From assembly GCA_050084985.1 (NCBI GenBank), contig JBITNC010000001.1, forward strand, positions 73,408,001 to 73,472,000: a stretch of 64,000 nt of DNA, given 5' to 3'. The stretch is from Nageia nagi (Eukaryota > Plantae > Pinophyta). Made by a program: the position numbers and the translations under genes. The notes beneath the pieces were generated by a model that searched no databases, was not told the DNA's origin, and saw only the letters and a list, made by a program, of their open reading frames with translations. Positions 10,946-22,921 of the stretch are shown piece after piece (positions within the stretch are counted from its first letter, which is position 1; each line of letters opens with the position of its first letter).

Positions 10946-12645
10946 TACATTTCTTTTGGGTCTCCTTCGTCGAACCCTACGCCTCGTCCTTTTTTTTTTT
11001 CACGCACGACCACCCACTATCTTTACTATTTTGTTGATTATTGTTGCTCAATCTAGTCTCAATTTTTTTAGCCTCCACACACACTTTTTTTCTTCTTTAG
11101 TTGGTGAGCATTTAATATTTTGTGATTACTTGTAAGCCACTTACACCTAGTAGCTAACGCATATTCTCTTCTTTGGTAGGCATTTAATTTTCTTTGCTTG
11201 CTTACAAGTCACTTCTTCCTATTTAATGCACTTAGAAGCCTTATACTCTACATTTAAAGTATTATCATAGTGAGTTTACTTACCTTACTTTAGAGTATGT
11301 TGTTGGTCACAAATTCATCATTACCCTTTTGAAGGCATTTAATTTCTTTTCTTTGCTTGCAAGCCACTTCATTTACACTTCAAAAATGATTTTTTAAATG
11401 AGGTATTTTTTTAGTACGCTTTTAAGTAAAAAGATTTTTTTTTTTTTACAAATTGTTGGCCAATATACATTATTTTTTATATAACTATGAAATTTTCTTT
11501 AAGTGATAATCAAATTATTAAGGATTAAATTATTTTAAGTTAAAGGGGGAGATATTTGTGAATGTCTTTACTTAAATTTCTTTTTAGATCCTTTATGATT
11601 AAAATACATTTTTATCATTTAGAAACTTTTTAATGCATATTTATTACTTAGAAATTTTTAATGTTGCATGCTAAGGACTTAAATCTTTTAAGATGATGCA
11701 TGCTTAGTACTTAAATTTTATGCATGCTTAATACTTATTTGTTAAGTTAATGCATGTTTATGCTTAAATTTCTTAAGTTAATGCTTAATACTTAAAAGTT
11801 GAAAGCATGCTTAGTACTTATGTTTAGTATTTAATTTTTTTATGATGCATTTGATGATTCCTTAATTTTTTACTTCCTTAAGCAAAGTATGGAATGGACT
11901 TGTGCAAATAAGGAATGATGTAAAGATGTCCTTTAGGGGTTAGTAAACAAAACTCATTGGACTCTTAGGTTCCAAGTTATGAATGGATGTTTTATTTATG
12001 CTTTTTTACTTCATGTTTCGTATTTTGATTTATTTGCTTATGCAAACAAAAACGCAAACATTGAAATAAACAACCTCTTAAAATGAACACATCCGCACGT
12101 ACATTCCGCAACATGACTTGTTTGGAGAGCCATGAGGTGAGGACAGGTGGATTGGACATAACTCCAATAGGTGGACATGCATGTGTGTAGTGATGCCACA
12201 TGTCTGCATGTCCATTCAAGGATTATCTTGATAACCTAGGAGGACAACTTGAAATCTAATCAAAATTAATAATTTGGCTGATCCAATAAACGTCATAACC
12301 TTGGAAAATAGTAGGTACTCCTTGTGAGAAAATATGATACTAACCAAAGCGAACTGGTTGAGGATTGGTAGTACTTGGGCTCCTCTTGTGTAGGCATCCA
12401 GGTGAAGATCTAATTTTAGACAAGAAAACAAACTTCAACAATGTCATTCTTCATCTATGGTTCTTGAGATGAGAAATGTATTTGGGTACATGGATTATTA
12501 TTGTAAAACATTTGCACTTGTGAATCAAATCAAACATGTGTCTAGTTTTAAATTTAACATGTATTATTTACTTGGTTAAAACTTAACATATAATGTTGTT
12601 TTTTGAACCACATGCTTATTACTTTTTTACATCCTTGTGTAGCAA

Positions 12646-15600
12646 ATGGGAGACTCCTTTTTACCTGAACACATTCTTGATGGTTCCAACTTTGGTATTT
12701 GGAAACCTCGGATGAGAGCTGAATTACAGGCAAGGAAGCTTTGGCAAACAATAAATGAGAACCTTGTACCTCCTACAGATGAGAAGGCACTAGAGGCTTA
12801 CAACACAAAGAATAAGTTGGCAACCTCCATGATCTTCTGTGCAGTTTCAGATGATGTGCTCCTAATGATTTCCTCTTCAACCTCGGCAAAGGAAGCTTAT
12901 GATAAGCTTAAGCAAATCTACCTTGGTTCAAATTTTTTAAGAAGGTTTACCATTCTTCAAAAGTTGCTTTAATCTCGTCAAGGGGAAGATGAAAATGTTG
13001 CCATCTACTTGAACAAAATCATTGACCTAAAGACCCAACTTGTTACTTGTGGGTGCAATTGGATCAATGATGAGTTCATGGTCTTCATCATTCTGCAAAG
13101 TTTGGAAACTTTGTAACGATTATAGAAACAAGGCTTGATGATGAAGAAGAAGTCTTCTCCCTTGAAAACCTTTCTAGGCACCTTTTGAAGCATGAAGAAA
13201 CCCTTAACAATAAAGTGTTGATTTCTTCTCCTAAAGATAATAACGTTGCTCTTGGAGCAACCAAAACTCCTTTCAAGAAGAACTTCAACCATCAAAAGAA
13301 ATTTTATCCTTTTTCCTCCAAGAGGTTTGAGAAAAGAGATAATGGCAACAATAGGAACTATATCAACAGCCGGAACAAAGGCAACAACAACCACTTCAAG
13401 CAAAGAAATGGAAAAAGTAAAGCAAACAATCCATATCCTAAGGAAAAGTTTGATGGTAATTGTAACTATTATGGCATCCAAGGTCACAAAGAAGTTGATT
13501 GCTATAAAAAGAAAAGAGAGGAAAAGAACAAAGGCAATATTAATGTAAAGAACTTCAAAGGAAAGAAGAATATTCAAGCTGGTTTTGTTGCGGCATTCTA
13601 CTCCTTGTCTCGCACTTTTTCATCTAATTGGATTGTTGACCCTGGTTGCACTAATCACCTATGCTTTGAAAGCGCTAAGTTTAAGAACTTTCACAAGTAT
13701 AGAAAAGATGCAGTTGTGATAGGTGATAACTCTACCTTTGAAGTCCAAGGAATTAGAAGTGTATTGATTCACGGGAAGGTTTTTGACAATGTGCTCTATG
13801 TTCTTAAGCTTAGGATGAACATTCTCTTCGTGATCCAAGTTGCTAAAAAAAGGTACTCATTTGAGTTCGACTCAATCTTTGTGCATTAAGAAAAGGACTT
13901 GCCATGTTGGTTAAAGGATCAGTGAAAGATGATCTTTACATTGTGGATCAAATTCCATCAAAGATGTGTCTCACTACAAGTGTGTGTTCTAAAAGCAATC
14001 TTTGGCATCAACGTTTAGGGCACCTTAACCACAAGAGTATACAAGTCATGAAAGATCGAGAATTTTTGGAAGGTGCCTTCAATTACTCTTTCGATTAGTC
14101 TATGTGAGAAGTGCATTTTTGGCAAGATGCATAGGCAAAAGTTTGAAAAAGATAAGGCAATAAGAGCATCTTAACCTTTTCAACTTGTGCATTTAGATTT
14201 GATGGGTCCGTTTCAGACTAAGTTGCTTGGAGGAGCATTTTACGTCTTGACCTTCATTGATAACTTTAGTAGGATGACCTTTGGGTATCTACTTGAACAT
14301 AAGGATCAAACCTTTGAGAGTTTTAAGGTTTTTAAGGCTTTTGTTGAGAATCAAACTAACCTTAAAATCAAAATATTGAAATCAGATAATGGAGAAGAAT
14401 ATAACAGCAATGAGTTCAATAACTATTGTGTTAAGTATGGAATCAAGAGGCAAGTTACGATTCTTTACACTCCTCAGCAAAATGGTGTTATCGAAAGGAA
14501 AAACAGAACAATTATAGAAATGGCTAGATGCATGTTGGGTAATCTTCCTAGTTTCTTGTGGGGTGAAGCTATGAGCATTGCTATTTACACTTTGAATAGG
14601 TGTCCCACAAAAGCTGTTCAGAGTAAAACTCCTTTTGAAGCATGGTCAAGAAGAAAACCTAACATTTCTCACCTTAAGGTGTTTGGTTGTGAAGCATTCT
14701 CCTACATTGTTTCCTAGAAAAAAAAAAGTTGAACAAAAGAGCTGAAAAATGCATCTTTGTAGGTCATGACAGTCAGCATAGAGGCTACAGGCTCTACTTT
14801 TCATCCTATAAAGCCGTGTTTGTTTCAAGGGATGAAAAATTCAATGAACTTCTTTAAGACTTTGCTTCTAATGAGGATGTTGATGATCCAAAAGACTCTT
14901 TAGTTGCACTTAGTTGGTTAGATATTGATGTAAACAAGTCACCTTAGGAGCAAAATTCTCCAACACAAAGAGTAACAAGGAGCATGAACTTGAACATATC
15001 CTTAGTTGCCAAGTTTGACAACAAGCATGAGCCCTCAACCTTCAAAGAAGCTTCAAAGCACGAGTGTTGGATGGAAGCCATGAAAGTGGAGTATGAGCCT
15101 CTTATGAAAATAAAACTTGGGATTTGATTCCTTATCCCAATGAGAAAAATGTGATTGACAATAAGCGGATCTACAAGGTCAAGTTCAATTCTGTTGGAGA
15201 TATTGAGAAATACAAGGCAAGGTTAGTAGCCAAAGGTTTTGCTCAGAACTACGGTGTAGATTATGAGGAAACCTTTGCTCCCATGGCAAAGATGCCTACT
15301 GTGAGAATTATCCTTACTCTTTCTGCAGCTCAAGGATGGAAAATTTTTCAACTTGACATCAAGAATGCATTTCTCAATGGTGACTTAGATGTGGAAATCT
15401 TCATGAATCAACCAGAAGGGTTTATTGTGGAAGGCAAAGAATTCTTTGTGTGCAAGATAAAGAAGTTATTGTATGGACTTAAACAAGCACCTAGAGCCTG
15501 GTACAAAAAGATTTCTGGGTCTTTGCAAACATTGGTTTCTCCAAGTATTTTTTTGACTCCGATCTATATGTGCTCAATTAGGGAAAAGACATGGTCTTGA

Positions 15601-16550
15601 TTCTCCTTTATGTGGATGATCTTTTGATTATTGGAAACAATGATGAAATCATTTAAGAGTGCATATCCAAACTTAAAGCAACGTTTGAAATGATTGATCT
15701 TGGTCTTTTGCACTACTACCTTGGAATGCAAGTATACCAATATAAGGATTGTACTTATCTTAGTCAATTTAAGTATATATTAGACATTTTGCAGAAGTTT
15801 GGAATGGAAGAATGTAGATATACTGCAATCCCAGTCTCTCATGGAATCACTGTTTCACTGAACTTCAACTCTTAATTAGCTGATGCTACAGCTTATAGGC
15901 AATTAATTGGTAGTCTTTTGTATTTGACTATTTCCAAGTCAGATATTGCCTTTGTAGTGAATCTGATGGCACGATTCATGCAGAAACCATATGTTGAGCA
16001 TCTCAATGCTATTAAGCAAATCTTGAGGTATGTTGTAGGGACTAAGGATCTTGCTCTCAAGTATTCTAAGTTGCCCTTGTTTGTTTCTCTCTGGATTCTC
16101 AGATTTTGACTATGGGGGAGATAGAGATGATAGGAAATCAACTTCTGCGTATGTGTTTAGCATTGGTTCAGGTGCTATCTCTTGGACTTTTAAGAAGCAG
16201 CCTACTGTTTCTTTTTCCACCACAAAAGCGAGTACCATGACATGTCTGTTGCAGCTCAGGAAGCTATTTGGCTTAGGCATCTTTTGAAAGAAACTGGATA
16301 TTAGCAGGCTGGCTTATCTTTGATTTCTTCAGACAATTAGTCGGCTATTTCTTTGGCTAAGAATCCTGTGTTCCATCAAAAACTAAAACATGTGGAAATC
16401 CATGCCCATTTTATCAGGGAGAAGGTTTTTGATAACATCATACACCTGGAGTATTGTCCATCCATCTTAAACTCCGTTGATTTGTTCAGCAAGCCCCTCT
16501 TGGAAGCTTAGTTCTGTAAGCTTAGGGATGCTATCGAGTTGGTGAAGTTG
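12646..16550 (+). pseudogene. Copia gag-pol polyprotein, disrupted by stops and frameshifts
   Basis: Gag LDGSNFGIWK; zinc knuckle CNYYGIQGHKEVDC; protease WIVDPGCTNH; LWHQRLGH; integrase HLDLMGP/SDNGEEY/TPQQNGVIERKNRT; RT YKARLVAKG/LYGLKQAPRAW/YVDD; RNase [17 protein letters not shown]. Confidence 0.95.
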
Positions 16551-17264
16551 CACTCAAGGGGGAGTGAAGTTCGAATTCTTATGTTGAATTCATGTTTGTG
16601 ATGACAACTTCACCTCTAGGAGGATTTTGTGTTGTATAGTGTTGATTTTGTTGTACACCTTCGTGGTAAGTTTGCTCTGCATGAGGAACTTGTTGTACAA
16701 AATTTTAAAAAAGAAAAAGATTGGCCAATCTAACACTGTTCAGTTATCCATATGTGAGGAACTCTTATGTGTCTTTTGGCATTGTTCAGTTATTCATATG
16801 TGAGGAACTCGTATGTGCATGCTTTATTTTGTAATGATAATCAACACATGTTTTATATATAGTAGGAGACTATGAGTTTTTGGCATGGCATCTTTGTGAT
16901 GAATTATAGTGCACCATTAATTAGTTTATGATGGCATTTGTGTGATTCATCTATCCTTGTTGATATGAATATGTTGTATCTAACTGATCTTGTTATTTGA
17001 ACTACTTATCACCTGCAGGTTATTTACTTTGGGTATGCAGACTCTTGGAGACTCTTCATGACTTCCAGTTGGATGACTACTTCATGTACATTGAAACCGG
17101 TTGTGGTTAATGATTGTATTTGGCAAAGTAGTGAGTCTCAAATTAGATCTTTCTTACTTCACAAATATGTAAAAAGTTCTCATCTCCGTTGTATCTGTTT
17201 GGAGGAGAATTCTCTTACTTTCTCTCTTCCTTCTCTCTTATTCACTCTATCCCAATATTGCATT

Positions 17265-17272
17265 AAGGGGAG
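17265..17272 (+). promoter_or_regulatory. Copia polypurine tract
   Basis: AAGGGGAG directly before the TG of the 3' LTR. Confidence 0.9.
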
Positions 17273-17772
17273 TGTTGGAATGTATAATGCATTATTGTAA
17301 AGGTTTGTATTAATCCTCTTTGTAGGTTCACTAATACTTAAGGGTATCATTAGATACCTTAAGTATTTAAGTGAATATGATAATGTAATTTGTCCTACAC
17401 TTTAAGTCATAAGCATGCCCCTTGGGTGAAAGGATGTGCATGTCATGCTTTTGTACATTGGGTAAAAGGGTGATCCAAAGATGGATTTTGGCCTATAAAT
17501 AGAAGGCTCCCTCTTTGTTATTAGACACCAATTTGTGGAGTAAAGTTATGCTATAGAATAGTTCCTAGGAGTTAAGATTAGGAGGATTGTAAGAGAGTTG
17601 TATTTGTGATTGAAGTAAAAATCTAGTTAGTGGATGTACTCCTAGTTGGAGGAACCACTTACATCTTGTGTTGTGTTGTGAGATTGCTTTGTGAGTTTGT
17701 TAGATGTGAATTGTGAGCTTTCATGTGATCTTGGGAGTTTAGAGTTGTTCATGTTATAGTTCAATTCTCTCA
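17273..17772 (+). repeat. Copia 3' LTR
   Basis: TGTTGG...CTCTCA, a direct repeat of 9820-10319. Confidence 0.95.
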
Positions 17773-17777
17773 ACAAC

Positions 17778-18745
17778 CACGAGATTTTCAAACTTTTTTT
17801 GAATGAATGGTACCTCTATTGTTATTAGTAAGGCAACTACTGACAAGAGAAGGCCATAAAGTGGTTAGGATTGGAGAATTCAAATGAGGAGATTGAAGTT
17901 GGACCGATTCGCCTAGAAGGACATGAGTATAATATTAATGCTAATGCCTTTTCTTTGAGACAAGAAGGGACAAAGAAAGATCAAGAAATCTAGAAGTTGA
18001 AAAAAGAACTAGTTGTCAAGAATAAGTTTTGCAAAGAAATTGAAGCGGCACACATGCAATCGGATGACATCAAAAGGTAGGCTTGTCTAAACATGGGAAT
18101 GGAAGCCATGAAAGACGAATTAAAAAAGACCATTATGGAAGCTTTCAAGGACTTATCTTTTTATAAATCGCAAGCTCTATAGAAGAAGAGGCAAAGGTCT
18201 AGGCAATGAATGATAAACTGTTCCAACTATTTGAGATATGGAACCTATACTAGGATGACATAAATGAGTTGCATTGGAAGTTAGAAGACAAGCCAATGCA
18301 GCAGGAGTATTGCATGATTTTTGGGTATTATTTTGATTGGTTGAAGTATTCAATGAACAAATGCCAAGTCTTGGTCAAGAATATGACAAAAGAAAAAGAA
18401 GAGGTTAAGGCACTAATGGGTGATTTTCAATATGGTGTCACCTTCTTAGACGACTTTGGAGTACCAAGGAGAGAAGACTTAGTATCAAAAGAGGTCCAAC
18501 ACATGATCAACAACATGCTTTACATGCAGGATGTTAACATGCTCAAGATTGGGGGTCCCTTCAAAGATGAAAGAGAATTATTAGCATGGAAGTACCAAAT
18601 GAAACAAGTTTCAGCCAGGATTGCAAAGCAAAATAGAAAGAATCGAAAAGCCTTTGATATACTTGATGTGGGTCTAGAGAAGAAGGAAGCATTCATGGGA
18701 GATCACTTTGAAGAAGATGTTACACTTTTGTTGAGATTGCTTTGA
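17778..18745 (+). pseudogene. ORF A, 3' part (charged/coiled-coil-like C-terminus)
   Basis: Frame continuity across the copia TSD. ORF-track piece 18269-18745 ends just before a T-rich 3' region and the second TATA. Confidence 0.65.
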
Positions 18746-19060
18746 GTTTTTCACATACCGGAGGCCGTATTTTATTTGATTTTCAAACTTTGATATTTCT
18801 CACCTTGTGATGGATGAGGTTTTACTCTCAAGTGTGAATGAGACTTTTTATTTTTGGCTATTTTCAGTGCATTTCATTTCATTTTGCCGCCATTTAATTT
18901 GCATTTTCATTTCATTTTCAACAGTATTTGGGCATAATTTAGTTTAATTTCATTAGAATTTTGATTTTAATAATAATTTATGTGAATTTCACCAAGTTTG
19001 AGGTGAATTTTCATATAGTTTTAGGTGAATTAGGGCAACAACCATTAGGGTTTTGAATGT

Positions 19061-19068
19061 TATAAATA
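19061..19068 (+). promoter_or_regulatory. Second (canonical LTR-type) TATA box of element A
   Basis: TATAAATAACCCTAG preceded by TTAGGGCAACA, as in B. Confidence 0.6.
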
Positions 19069-20761
19069 ACCCTAGAGGGCTCATTTGTGGGAGGATGAAA
19101 ATTTTTTGCAAGAGGAGAGCTATTTTGTTGCAAGATTTAAAAGACTTTTTGTAAAACTTTGACATAATCTATTTGGAATTGCTATTGTTTTCATTGAATG
19201 GAATTGTGAGTTTGAGCTATATGCTTGATGTCTACTTGTGATGCTATTGATGCTTATTAGTATTTCCTTTTAAAATTGTTGGAGTTTTTAAGGAAATAAC
19301 ATTGAATATCATATGAAGTGTTGACATTGTTACTTGGTTAGACATTACTCATAGTTTGCATGCAAACTTATGCATTTTGGCTTGTTCTCTTTATGTCCTT
19401 TAATTTGAGGACAACATTCACAGTGTTTTGATCTATCTCATTCTACATCATTTTTCCAATTGCACTTCGCTTTGAGCTCCCTTCTACATGCCATTTGTGT
19501 TGTTTGCTGTAGGAGTGGATAAGTGAATGTTGAAATCCTAACAAACCCAAAGAGAAAGGCATCCAAACCCTACTAAGTTGGTGGAGAGAATATAGCTAAG
19601 AGCTGAATGCAAGTGCCCTCGTCATCCTTATACTTTGCTTTGTTTTCACTTTCTTTGTTTTACACTTTCTTTCAAACGCCAAGGAACACCTCTAAACGAA
19701 ATGCAAAGATAACTCCATGTCCTTTTAGAAACAAATTTTGTTTTGGGTGACAGTTAGTACCTCCACCATTTTTTGAGACCTATTCCAAGTCCTTTTTCTT
19801 GTTACAAGTCAAGCATTTCATGGTCTACCCCGTAGACTATTCATTTTAGGATGAGAACCTTGGGGTATTAGTCCTTTCAAGTGGGGGAGAGGAACACCTT
19901 GTCACCTAAGGTGTTTGGATGATCTTCAATTTTATCTCTTTAGCCATATGTTGGGCTAGGAAAGAAAAACATACGAACAGAATGTAGCTTTAGCATTTCT
20001 CAAATTGTGACAAGCGGTTAGAAGTACAGACAATCTTATCATATGCATCCTCAAAGTTTCTTCATTATAACTTCTAATGTTTCAATCCATATGGATTTTA
20101 CTAATTTAATTTGGCCATACGTTTTTGAATGGAGTGTAGTATTTATCGAAGTTCCAAAATTGCTCTACAATCTTTTGTCTTTATTGGAGACAATTAATTT
20201 TAGCAACTCAATGCTAACCCATACAAATTGCTGTACAATCTTTTATATTTTGGCAACTCAAAGTGAACCCATATATTAGTGAAAGTATGCAAGCTTCTTC
20301 CTGACCAAAAATACTCTTCTTGGATAATATGGATTCACACATATTGCTTATCTGTTCATCTGCAATAAACATGGAACTATATACTTGTGTCTCAAAGACA
20401 TCTGACAAAATTCATGGATATGTTTTCCATAGGTTGGTGGGAATAGTGTTGTGCAATTCATTCAAACTTCCTATTTCTTGGCTTGCTTGTATTACACATA
20501 ATTACAAGAATGGATGATCTGCAAAGTTTAAGACATCTAAGAATGTTTTGTTGATTAAGCTTAATCCCTAAAAAAATATTGCCCTTACGTTTCCATGCTT
20601 TTTTGGTCAGAGTGCTCATACCTTGACAAGTTGTTTACTTAAAAATGGACTGAAAAATGCGAGTTTCCGATTGCAGCCTTTGTGGTCTGAAATTTGAATC
20701 GCCTGTGTTTCAGAAATACATGAACATGAGTGATGTGAAACATTCATTGATTGATCCCCTT

Positions 20762-20831
20762 GGGGATACTGCATTGGTTGTGTTCATGTCTTGTTGCTGG
20801 GAGGTCCCAGGTTCGAATCATCCGATTTTTT
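20762..20831 (+). repeat. Possible tRNA-derived SINE head remnant
   Basis: B-box GGTTCGAATC at ~20810, weak A-box upstream and a T-run after. No cloverleaf. Confidence 0.3.
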
Positions 20832-22921
20832 GTAGTACTTGTCATGCATGCGTGACTGATTCGAATGTAAAACGGTTAGGATTCCATTCAAAAATCCATC
20901 CTCCAACCTAAAAATAAAAAATAAAACATTCATTCATTGGAAATGCTAACCAAGATAATGTATACGCATTTAGTAAACCTCTATGAACTCTTTTCAGAAT
21001 ATTTTATATATCAACACAGTATTTTTGGTGGTGAAAATCCTCTTTGGGACCAAAAAACTAAAAACCAAAGAAAACATGGGAGAAAGAGTATATGGCAAAC
21101 AATGGAAACATGTCGTAAAATACTTTTGTGAATCTATATTCATCCCATGCACTTATGTTTTAACTGCTGGTCAAAACTAGTCGTCATTCTTCAATAACCT
21201 TATCTGCATGTGCCAGAAGGCTCTCAATCTTCGTGAAAAGCAGGTTGTATGGTTTGGGATTTTACTTGCAAAGATGTCTTTTCAGTTTCCCATTTCATTC
21301 ACTGTCTTTAGAAATGCCTTAAAGACGTGTAACTTGTCAACTCCCACTTTTGTTGCATTCTGTGTTGTCAAATGTCTTGGACATACATAAAACTTGTACA
21401 AGAGGTCAATACTGCTAGCTGAATTTTGGTGCAAAACAACCTAAAAATGGCTGCATCAACATAGTTGGTTCGGTGGTCAATACATTAAACAGGGGTTTCA
21501 ATGCCACTGGTACATGCAACAGATATAGCAAAATCAATGTTTGTTCTTGTGACTTCAAATTAGTGTTTTGAATCTTTTGATTGATTGGATGTCTCAACTT
21601 TTTCTACTAGCATTGTTTTTGGTATGCCTAGTTCACTTGGTTTCTTTTTCCTTTTAATTTCAGTAAGTGCTCATTTCTCTAACAATCTCTAATGTGAAGT
21701 TATGCCTTGTGCATTGATCTAGGACCCTTTAAAACAAGCCATTTAGATCTTGTTGATCATCAGTTCTTTTGTGTATGTCATTAATTTGTCTTGGAAGTTT
21801 ACAGAATCATTATTGAGGTTAGGATACACCTATGTTTCAACTCTTTCTACGTTAAATGCTTTGGTTTCCATCTACTGAATTCCACCTTCTATAGGACCCA
21901 TTCGGATCATCATTTGGCAAATCCAGTTATCATATCTCATGCATGTGAAATTCAATTGCCTTTAAACATTAGGACGTGCTTCCCCATCATACAAAACATC
22001 TCTTGTTGAAATTTGGCATTTTCATGATGTTTCATATGCATCTCAGATACCCCCACATTGCTTTGGGTAGGCACACAAAAATGATCTGTGACTAACAACT
22101 ATAACTTGATCTTGTGTCTATTGGTCCTACAACTTACATGGTGCTTATTGAGAAGATTCTATTTCTGTTTTTGTCCATCTTGCTTGGCCTACAATAACAC
22201 TAACACAAATTTATCGTTTGCATGTATTATTATTTTTTCTTGATAATCCAAAACAAGCAACATCTTTTGCTTGCATTTGTATATATTAGTAAGGCAGGTC
22301 TTATCATCCTTTATCAAGTGGCACTTGTGCTCCCACTTTGAAAAATGGCACCTCTAACCCATAAACATTGTCTGTTTAAAAGGTACTACATTATACTTCA
22401 TTTTATTAATGAAATTATAGGTAATAGTAAATGTAAATTTGTGTTATCTTGTGACATGCAATTCAATTTCTTTACGCAGCCAAACCAAAGAGTATGGTTG
22501 TGGATCCTTGGCTTTGGCACCATACTCAGTTCTGTTGTGAACTCAAATCATCGAGAGCATTTACCTTGGTATTCTTGATTTGAATATTGAGAATCAATAA
22601 CACCTCCTTTCCTTGAACTTTTGCATCATCTTTTGAGTGTCCTTGGAATGTTTTTAATTTCTTCATTAAAGTATGTACTTGCTTCTGATACACATGTAAG
22701 CCATATCCCATCTCTTGCTCCTCCACTTTGGTGGATATTATCTTTTTGGCTTCCTTTTTGTTCTTGACATGCAATTCAGTCTACTACTTTCAACATGATA
22801 CTTTGATGTCTTCATGCATTTTTTTCTTTTTAGAAAAGTACCTAGCATTGTTCTTATTTTTGTCTTTAGGCTCACCGTTCTTCTTGTGAACCTTTCTTGC
22901 TTACATTTATTACATTGGAAG

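Larger units (their letters stand above)
9820..17772 (+). mobile_element. Full-length decayed Ty1/copia LTR retrotransposon (7,953 bp)
   Basis: Two 500-bp LTRs, perfect TSD ACAAC (9815-9819, 17773-17777), PBS, PPT and domain order gag-PR-INT-RT-RH. Confidence 0.97.
1..19979 (+). mobile_element. Element A: giant LTR-like unit (3' LTR or solo LTR; left end outside window) carrying a long accessory ORF, interrupted by two nested insertions
   Basis: Ends in ...CGAACA at 19979 with no PBS after it. Shares with element B the subterminal motif AACCTTGGGGT-T-AGTCCTTTCAAG (19856 vs 9542, 123 vs 126 nt from the end) and TTAGGGCAACA...TATAAATA(G)ACCCTAG (19030-19076 vs 8671-8717). Its ORF is homologous to that of B. 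Confidence 0.7.

Noticed and set aside
17773-17775. Alternative copia LTR end at ...CAACA (17775)
   Set aside because: Ending at 17772 gives equal 500-bp LTRs and a perfect ACAAC TSD; the alternative gives neither.
20762-20831. tRNA gene
   Set aside because: Only the B-box is convincing; no acceptor stem or cloverleaf could be built.
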